From: Clostridium sp. CAG:609
GTDB lineage: Bacteria > Bacillota_I > Bacilli_A > RF39 > UBA660
Assembly: GCA_000438075.1 (NCBI GenBank)
Contig: FR903540.1
Coordinates: 14,086 to 78,085 of the forward strand
Length of the DNA stretch: 64,000 nt
Direction of reading: 5' to 3'
Position numbers and translations under genes: made by a program. The notes beneath the pieces are model-generated. The model did not search any database, was not told where the DNA came from, and worked only from the letters and a program-made list of their open reading frames with translations. The number at the start of each line of letters is the position of its first letter. Position 1 is the first letter of the stretch. Below, one piece after another: positions 57,636 through 64,000 of this stretch.

Positions 57636-59003
57636 ATGAGTAGTATTAAATATTTGTTAAAAGAATTTAATGATATTAATAAAGCTAAGTTAAAGTTTGT
57701 TAACGAAACAATTGATGAGTTAAGAAGCAGTGATTTAATGGTACCAATAGGTATTGGAAAGTTTGCTATGGATGAGAGATTAATCAAAGTATTTAAGCAA
57801 TATCAAATACCCCTTTTAGAAGAAAATGCATTTACTTATATAGAGTATATGGTATTTTATGAAGAATATATTAAAAGTTTAGAGAAAGTTATATTTACTA
57901 CTGATTCAATGATCAGAGCTTTTGATAAAACTAAGTGTATTGGTAAAATAAATGATTTTTATTTATTAATAGTTTGTTTAAGTCTGGGTTATATGGCAAA
58001 TAAGATTGAACTGGAATCTGTTATTAATATATTAGGTAGTGCAATTAAATTTAATTATACTAAGTATAGTAAAGAAAATTTATTACTTAAAGCTTTAAGT
58101 AATTACTTTGATAATAATGGTAATTTTGTTAAATATGGTAATGGTTTAGAATTAGTTGAATTATTAAAGAAATTATATAAAGAAAATATTGATGAAAATA
58201 GCATGGATAAAAAAGTTGATGTTATTTGTAATAGCTTAATTATTAATATTGGTGTTAGTTATGATGAGTTTTTAGAAAATATAAAAGAAGAATTTGTGGA
58301 AGATAAAAAGAAAATAAAGCGTGAAAAAGTTGAAGTAGAAGAACATTTTCCAGAGGAAGAGACTAGGGAAAAATATCCATTTTTAAGTAAAGAAGAAAAA
58401 GAAATATATGAGTATTGTTCAAATAATATAGAAAGTATTAGTTATAGAAGTGATTATCAATATTATTTAGAAGCTTGCAAAGATATTCAAAGTTTAGATC
58501 TGTTATATCAAGATTTAGAAAATAGTGAAGTGTTAGAAATTAAAAATGAGGTAATGGAAAAGTTGTATAGTTTAGTAAGACTTATTGGTCCATTACATTA
58601 TAATAGAGAAAATGAAATTGTGTTTTTAAAAAATAGTAAGAGTAGTTTTTATGTAAGTGATGATATATTAAAAATAGATAAAGGGTTAAGAAAAAAGATT
58701 AATACACTTTTTGATAAGTTATTAAATAATGTTAATACTAGAACTGTTTTAAATAATAATATTAAAAGAGGTGAATTATTATTTGTAAATGATTCTAATT
58801 TAGTTTTGACTTATTGTAAGTTATGTAGTGATACTTCATTAGTAATAGGTATTCATCCGGTGAAGGAAGGAATGAATGAAGATATAAATAGATATTTACT
58901 TAATAAAAAGTATATTGAAAGTTTAAAGACATTAGTTAAAGATAATAATAGTCGTGAAGAATTAGTTAGTAGTAGTAGACTACTTGTTAAAACAAGAGAC
59001 TAA
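57636..59003 (+). CDS. hypothetical protein (operon member, no HPD)
   Basis: 455 aa; starts 1 nt after the previous stop. Confidence 0.6.
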   Translation: MSSIKYLLKEFNDINKAKLKFVNETIDELRSSDLMVPIGIGKFAMDERLIKVFKQYQIPLLEENAFTYIEYMVFYEEYIKSLEKVIFTTDSMIRAFDKTKCIGKINDFYLLIVCLSLGYMANKIELESVINILGSAIKFNYTKYSKENLLLKALSNYFDNNGNFVKYGNGLELVELLKKLYKENIDENSMDKKVDVICNSLIINIGVSYDEFLENIKEEFVEDKKKIKREKVEVEEHFPEEETREKYPFLSKEEKEIYEYCSNNIESISYRSDYQYYLEACKDIQSLDLLYQDLENSEVLEIKNEVMEKLYSLVRLIGPLHYNRENEIVFLKNSKSSFYVSDDILKIDKGLRKKINTLFDKLLNNVNTRTVLNNNIKRGELLFVNDSNLVLTYCKLCSDTSLVIGIHPVKEGMNEDINRYLLNKKYIESLKTLVKDNNSREELVSSSRLLVKTRD

Positions 59004-59013
59004 GGAGGTTAAT

Positions 59014-60363
59014 ATGAGACTGGAAGAAGCTATTAAAATATTTGAAATTGGGAAAAGATTTACAAAAGAAGAATTAAAGAAAAGATATATTATGTTATCT
59101 AAAGCAAATCATCCGGATTTAGGTGGTAGTAAAAGTGATATGCAAAGAATTAATGAAGCATATGAATTGTTAAAAGAAATTACTATAAATAGTGGAGATT
59201 TATCATATTATAATACTTTACTTAATAAGTTATTTACTTATAAAAGTAATACTATATATAATACAGATACTATAGAATATAAATATGCTTTAAGGGTTAA
59301 TAATTTAATATCTAGTTTTGCATATAGTAGTGAAAATAAAGATACATTAGATTTTAACTTTAAAAATATATTAGTTCAAATTAGAAATGCATTTAATGAT
59401 TATTTAATGGAAGTATCAAAAAATATACCTAGTATTTATAAAAGCAAATTTAAAACGATAGAAAATGAATGTTCTTTTGATAAGTATGTTTTAAATGTAA
59501 AAAAAGTATTAAATGAATATAAGATGATTAATGATAGTTTAAGTGATGCAATTAATTCAATTGATTTAAGTGTTGATATCAATATATTGGAAGAAATATT
59601 AAAGATTAAAGAAGATGTATTTAAAGAAATTGTACTTAATAAAATAGATTTAAATACTGCATGTGGTAAACTTAGAACTCTTGCAATTACTTTGATTATG
59701 CAAAGAATGAATTTTGATAAAAAAATAAATGAAACATATAAAGTGATACTTGAAAAATTTTATAAAAGAATGATGGAGTTAGATTTTAAAGAAAGTGATG
59801 ATATTAAATCAACTATTAATTTATTAAGTAGTGTATTAAATAAACTAAAATTTTTAGATGGACATCTAGATAAATCTAGTGACTTAGATGAATTATGTAA
59901 TATAGATTTTGAAAATAAAATGAATGTTTTAGATAAAGGTATTGAACAAATATATATAAGTGTAAGTAATAAATCTAATCCATATGAATTTGTTATTAGA
60001 AAAGGTGAAAATGAAAAATTTGTTTATTTTGATAGAAAAGATAAAAATGGTAATGTTAAAGTTTATGTACGAGGTAAAAAAGGTTTTTATGAAAATTATA
60101 TGAAGTTATCAGAGTTTTTAGATAAAGCTAATTATCTTTTTGTTAAATCTAATGGAGGAGTACTTATCTATATGTATGAAGATGTTGGTATTTATGTAGG
60201 AAGGGATGCATCAATATATGTAGATAAAATTAATTATGAATGGTATTCTGTAAATTTTAAAAGTGATAGATATGAAGATAAGTCTAAGTTAATGTTTGAT
60301 ATATATGAATCGTTTTATAAAGAAAAAGTTTATAAAGAAAATGAAAAGACAAAATCAAGATAA
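59014..60363 (+). CDS. J-domain (HPD) protein, paralog 3
   Basis: 449 aa from the ATG after AAGGAGG (track start 58984). AIKIFEIGKRFTKEELKKRYIMLSKANHPDLGGSKSDMQRINEAYELL. Confidence 0.75.
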   Translation: MRLEEAIKIFEIGKRFTKEELKKRYIMLSKANHPDLGGSKSDMQRINEAYELLKEITINSGDLSYYNTLLNKLFTYKSNTIYNTDTIEYKYALRVNNLISSFAYSSENKDTLDFNFKNILVQIRNAFNDYLMEVSKNIPSIYKSKFKTIENECSFDKYVLNVKKVLNEYKMINDSLSDAINSIDLSVDINILEEILKIKEDVFKEIVLNKIDLNTACGKLRTLAITLIMQRMNFDKKINETYKVILEKFYKRMMELDFKESDDIKSTINLLSSVLNKLKFLDGHLDKSSDLDELCNIDFENKMNVLDKGIEQIYISVSNKSNPYEFVIRKGENEKFVYFDRKDKNGNVKVYVRGKKGFYENYMKLSEFLDKANYLFVKSNGGVLIYMYEDVGIYVGRDASIYVDKINYEWYSVNFKSDRYEDKSKLMFDIYESFYKEKVYKENEKTKSR

Positions 60364-60439
60364 ATTTAGTGAAACTTGTGGACAAATACTTAAAAAAGTG
60401 GTATAGTTTAGTTGTTAGTTTATTGACAAACCAGTAATT

Positions 60440-60630
60440 AATAGGATTTTTATAGAGAGCTAATGGGTGGTGGAAATTAGTAAATGAATATTAATGAAGA
60501 TAGTGTCTTAAAAAAATAAACGGGTAAGCCCGATATAGCAGGTAATAAAGATGCATAGATTCTATGAATTAAGGTGGCACCGCGGATAATAATTCGTCCT
60601 TAAGCTAAATTAATTCATGGAGTTTTTTAA
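60440..60630 (+). promoter_or_regulatory. T-box riboswitch leader, aspartate specifier (GAU)
   Basis: AGAGA (60454-60458) and GGTGGTGG distal motif. Specifier GAT+A at 60499-60502. T-box AATTAAGGTGGCACCGCGG (60567-60585) with 7-nt bulge UGGCACC. Helix 60562-60572/60610-60620 is followed by a U6 run. Confidence 0.8.
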
Positions 60631-60647
60631 TTAAAGGAGGAAGTTTT

Positions 60648-62384
60648 ATGAAAGGAAATATGTACAGAGATATTTATTGTGGAGAAGTTGATTCTTCATA
60701 TATAGGAAAGGAAATAAAGTTAGCTGGTTGGGTTAATAGTGTAAGAAATTTAGGTAATTTAGTATTTATTACTTTAAGAGATGAAACTGGTATTGTTCAG
60801 CTTATTACTGAATCTAGTGAATATAAAACTATTCATAAAGAAGCAACTGTTACTGTTAGTGGCAAAGTTTTAAGAAGAACACCAGATATGGTTAATAAAA
60901 ATATGAAAACTGGTGAAGTTGAAGTAGAAATTAGTTCATTAGAAGTTTTAGGGGATTGTATTAATACATTACCTTTTGAAATTAATAAATCAAAAGAATC
61001 TAATGAAGATACAAGACTTAAGTATCGTTATTTAGATTTAAGAAATGAAGAAGTTCATAATAATATTATTTTTAGAAGTAAAGTAATTGATTTTATAAGA
61101 AGTGAAATGAAAGGAATGGATTTTTTAGAAGTTCAAACTCCGATTATTACAGCAACAAGTCCAGAAGGAGCTAGAGATTTTATTATTCCATCAAGAAAGT
61201 TTGCAGGTAAGTTTTATGCACTACCTCAATCACCACAAATATTTAAACAATTATTAATGGTTTCAGGATTTAATAAATATTTTCAAATAGCACCATGCTT
61301 TAGAGATGAAGATCCAAGAAGTGATAGATTATATGGAGAATTTTATCAACTTGACTTTGAAATGAGCTTTGCAACTGATGAAGATGTTTATAAAGTTGGT
61401 GAAAAAGTTTTTTATGATGTATTTACTAAGTTTAGTGATAAGTATGTAAGTCCAGCACCTTTTAGAAGAATAAAGTTTAAAGATGCAATACTTAAATATG
61501 GTAGTGATAAACCAGATTTAAGAAATCCTCTTATTATTGAAGACATAACTGAAGTGATGAATAAAACTGATTTTGCACCATTTAAAAATACAACTGTTAG
61601 ATGTATCAAAGTAGAAAATATTGAAAAATCTAATTCTTGGTATAAATCTATGGAAGAATATGTAAAAGGTATTCATGGTAATTTAGGTTATATTCAAGTT
61701 AAAGATAATATGGAATTAAAATCATCACTTGCTAAATTTATGAGCGATGAAGTTAAAAATGAACTAATAGAAAAAATGAATTTACATGTCGGAGATGCTT
61801 TATTTATTGTAGCGGATAAAAATAGATGTGCTAGAATAATGGGTAATTTAAGAACTAAGTTAGGTAATGAGCTTAATTTAATTGATAAAGATAGATATGA
61901 ATTTTGTATTGTAAATGATTTTCCATTCTATGAAGAAAATGAAGAAACTGGAGCAATTGAGTTTTCTCACAATCCATTTAGTATGCCAAAAGGTGGGCTT
62001 GATGCATTAAATAATAAGAATCCATTTGAAATTGAAGCTTATCAATATGACTTTGTTTGTAATGGTTATGAAATGGCTTCAGGTGGAGTAAGAAATCATT
62101 CACCAGAAGTTTTAAAGAAAGCATTTGCTTTGGTTGGCTATGATGAAGATGTTGTAAGAAGTAAATTCCCAAGTTTATATGAAGCATTTAAATATGGTGC
62201 TCCACCTCATGCAGGTATGGCACCTGGATTAGATAGAATTATAATGCTTTTAAAAAATGAAGAAAATATAAGAGAAATAGTACCATTCCCAATTGGTGCA
62301 AATGGTGCAGATGCTATGATGGGTTGTCCAGGGGAAGCTTTCCCAGAACAATTAAAAGAAGCACATATCAAAATAGATAATTAA
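60648..62384 (+). CDS. aspS: aspartate--tRNA ligase
   Basis: 578 aa; class IIb motifs FRDEDPRSDR and GMAPGLDRIIM; N-terminal OB fold. Confidence 0.95.
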   Translation: MKGNMYRDIYCGEVDSSYIGKEIKLAGWVNSVRNLGNLVFITLRDETGIVQLITESSEYKTIHKEATVTVSGKVLRRTPDMVNKNMKTGEVEVEISSLEVLGDCINTLPFEINKSKESNEDTRLKYRYLDLRNEEVHNNIIFRSKVIDFIRSEMKGMDFLEVQTPIITATSPEGARDFIIPSRKFAGKFYALPQSPQIFKQLLMVSGFNKYFQIAPCFRDEDPRSDRLYGEFYQLDFEMSFATDEDVYKVGEKVFYDVFTKFSDKYVSPAPFRRIKFKDAILKYGSDKPDLRNPLIIEDITEVMNKTDFAPFKNTTVRCIKVENIEKSNSWYKSMEEYVKGIHGNLGYIQVKDNMELKSSLAKFMSDEVKNELIEKMNLHVGDALFIVADKNRCARIMGNLRTKLGNELNLIDKDRYEFCIVNDFPFYEENEETGAIEFSHNPFSMPKGGLDALNNKNPFEIEAYQYDFVCNGYEMASGGVRNHSPEVLKKAFALVGYDEDVVRSKFPSLYEAFKYGAPPHAGMAPGLDRIIMLLKNEENIREIVPFPIGANGADAMMGCPGEAFPEQLKEAHIKIDN

Positions 62385-62392
62385 TTATTAGG

Positions 62393-62417
62393 ACTGATTT
62401 AAAAATCAGTTCTTTTT
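62393..62417 (+). terminator. rho-independent terminator of aspS
   Basis: 8-bp stem ACTGATTT/AAATCAGT, 2-nt loop, TCTTTTT. Confidence 0.7.
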
Positions 62418-62475
62418 CTTATTTACTAAAATAATTTAATGTTGTATAATTAATATATGGTAAGGTGATGCAAGT

Positions 62476-62628
62476 ATGAAAAAGAAAATAATAATTATTT
62501 TAACAACAATAGTAGTTCTTACTAGTATAATTGTTATATATAATAAGGATAAAGAACTTGAAAATAATAAAATCTTAATAGAGAAAGGATTTCTAAATGA
62601 AAAAAATTATTGTAGTAATAATCATTAG
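62476..62628 (+). pseudogene. signal-anchor-only remnant of the secreted paralog family (50-aa ORF, not in track)
   Basis: MKKKIIIILTTIVVLTSIIVIYNKDKELENNK... mirrors the first ~30 aa of the next two genes and then runs out of frame into 62597. Confidence 0.3.
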
Positions 62629-63664
62629 TCTTTTTGGAGTATTTTTAATAACAAATAAGTATTATTATAAAGATAATGTTGATAAAGAACAACCTAATAA
62701 AATAAAAAATGATAAAAATATGTTGAGTTTAATGCTTGAAACTGATGTTGGTTCTGGCACATATTCTGTTAGTAGTTCTAGTGATTGGCCAAATGAAGAA
62801 TATATTTATAATAGTGAATTATCTAAATGTGAAAATGGAAGTATACTTTCTTGGGATGAAAATAAGAATGTAGCAATTATGAAGGGAAATATTAGTGATA
62901 AATGTTACTTATATTTTGATAAAATTGATCCTAATTCTCCGAAACCTACTAATCCAACTTTATCTTTTGATAGTACTTATAATGTTGTAATTAGTGGTTC
63001 AACTTCAGAAAATGGTGGTGTTGAATATTATTATAGTTTTGATAATGTAAATTATACCAAAGGCTCAACTATTTCTGTTAATGAAACTTCAACTATTTAT
63101 GCTTATAGTAAAGATATAAAAAAGAGAAAGTCTGATGTAGTAAGTAAAACTGTTACAATTAGTAATTCAACCAAAGGAACTGTATCTACTGCATATTATT
63201 GCTCTAAAAATGGTACTTACAAAACTAGTTCGTCATGTACTTATACATATAACGCAACCAGTAAAACAGAGTTTGTCTGTTCTGATGGAAGTTATAGTGC
63301 GAGTCTTGGACATTGTTATGATACAAATGGAATGTATAGTAACTGGGATTGGTCAACTTGTAATAGTACTTGTGGTTTGAAAACTTATAATCCTGAGGAA
63401 TATTCTTTTGAATGTGTTGAAGATAATACTGGAAATTATTATTATTGTCAATTTAATACCGGAAGTCCGACTAAATCAACTTCTTATTCTTGTACTAGTG
63501 GTGATTCATTATCTGGATCAAAATGTACTAATTCTTACACGGGGACTTTAAAATATAAATGTGGTAATAAATATTACAACAATAATACTGATGCTACTAC
63601 AGCTTGTGAAAATTATTGTGCAATGGGAACACATTATGATGGAAAGTGTTATAAAATTAGCTGA
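62597..63664 (+). CDS. membrane-anchored/secreted Cys-rich protein, paralog family
   Basis: 355 aa. N-terminal TM, conserved LSLMLETDVGSGTY...WP.EEY.YN.ELSKCENGS block, and 20 Cys in the C-terminal 160 aa in recurring Y.C..G......C spacing. Confidence 0.7.
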   Translation: MKKIIVVIIISLFGVFLITNKYYYKDNVDKEQPNKIKNDKNMLSLMLETDVGSGTYSVSSSSDWPNEEYIYNSELSKCENGSILSWDENKNVAIMKGNISDKCYLYFDKIDPNSPKPTNPTLSFDSTYNVVISGSTSENGGVEYYYSFDNVNYTKGSTISVNETSTIYAYSKDIKKRKSDVVSKTVTISNSTKGTVSTAYYCSKNGTYKTSSSCTYTYNATSKTEFVCSDGSYSASLGHCYDTNGMYSNWDWSTCNSTCGLKTYNPEEYSFECVEDNTGNYYYCQFNTGSPTKSTSYSCTSGDSLSGSKCTNSYTGTLKYKCGNKYYNNNTDATTACENYCAMGTHYDGKCYKIS

Positions 63665-63722
63665 AAACTATTGCATAGTAAGGTTGTAAATGATAAAATT
63701 TTAATAGAATAGAGGTTTTTAT

Positions 63723-64000
63723 ATGAATAAGAAAAAGATTATTGTAATATTAATTACATTTTTGACTTTGAGTATTTTAAGTAATGTTTATCTTTTGTAT
63801 AGTAACTATAGTTTGAGAAATATATTATTTCAAGAACAATCTTCGAGTACTCCAAAAAAGAAAGATTTGATGAGTTTGATGCTTGAAACTGAACAAGGTT
63901 CTGGAATGTATGAAGCAAGTAAAACTGGAGAGTGGCCTGATGGCGAATATGTTTTCAATAAAGAACTAAGTAAGTGTGAGAATGGTGGAGAATTATCTTG
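63723..64000 (+). CDS. second paralog of the secreted family (5' partial, runs off the window)
   Basis: MNKKKIIVILITFLTL... then LMSLMLETEQGSGMY...WPDGEYVFNKELSKCENGG, colinear with 62597-63664. Confidence 0.65.
   Translation, partial: MNKKKIIVILITFLTLSILSNVYLLYSNYSLRNILFQEQSSSTPKKKDLMSLMLETEQGSGMYEASKTGEWPDGEYVFNKELSKCENGGELS

Noticed and set aside
58600-59003. Impression that the C-terminal ~110 aa of the 455-aa J-operon member resemble a RelE/ParE-type toxin fold (…GELLFVNDSNLVLTYCKL…LVIGIHP…)
   Set aside because: The impression rests only on a loose beta-strand pattern. No conserved RelE/ParE catalytic residues could be aligned by eye, so it is too weak to report as a call.
1-64000. tRNA, rRNA, tmRNA or RNase P genes in intergenic regions
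   Set aside because: No stretch showed cloverleaf-compatible GC-rich stems, a GTTCGAATC-like T-arm or rRNA-like conserved blocks. The intergenic regions are short and AT-rich apart from the two T-box leaders. This is a manual scan only, and tRNAscan-SE or Infernal would be decisive.

Overview
This is a 64-kb chromosomal segment from a very AT-rich Bacillota genome (roughly 30% G+C by eye, not computed) that uses the standard bacterial genetic code. Gene order resembles Bacillus: tkt-sirA-yneF, and a ybxB-like methyltransferase followed by rpoB-rpoC. Endospore markers are present (SirA-like, CotE, a YjcZ-like micro-protein). I infer an Erysipelotrichia- or Bacilli-related spore former. Recognisable core genes are tkt, rpsD, def, ftsW/rodA, hup, rpoB, rpoC, deoD, a PMM/PGM-family mutase, alaS and aspS (each behind a T-box leader), an M16 peptidase pair, a dGTPase-like HD protein, a radical SAM protein and an AI-2E transporter. 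Accessory material is interleaved with these. It includes an AbiEi/AbiEii abortive-infection pair with a duplicated 53-bp promoter/RBS module. A TnpB-only IS200/IS605-type element and two orphan ORFs sit directly after rpoC, where Bacillus-type genomes carry the rpsL-rpsG-fusA-tuf block. There is a decaying cluster of NUDIX paralogs and an IS30-family element. A segmental duplication of an adenylate-forming enzyme gene brackets about 6.3 kb. That interval holds the IS30, a Rel protein truncated just after its TGS domain, and a coupled cassette encoding a Pol-beta-type nucleotidyltransferase, a degenerate MetRS-like class I aaRS core and an S51 peptidase. My best candidate for an undescribed system lies at 52.9-60.4 kb. 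A Fic-fold gene whose catalytic His is replaced by Gln is divergent from a five-gene, translationally coupled operon. Three members of that operon are paralogs with an N-terminal J-domain HPD signature and otherwise unrecognisable sequence. I found no rRNA, tRNA or CRISPR array. All functional calls rest on motifs read by eye and on synteny, and no database search was run.
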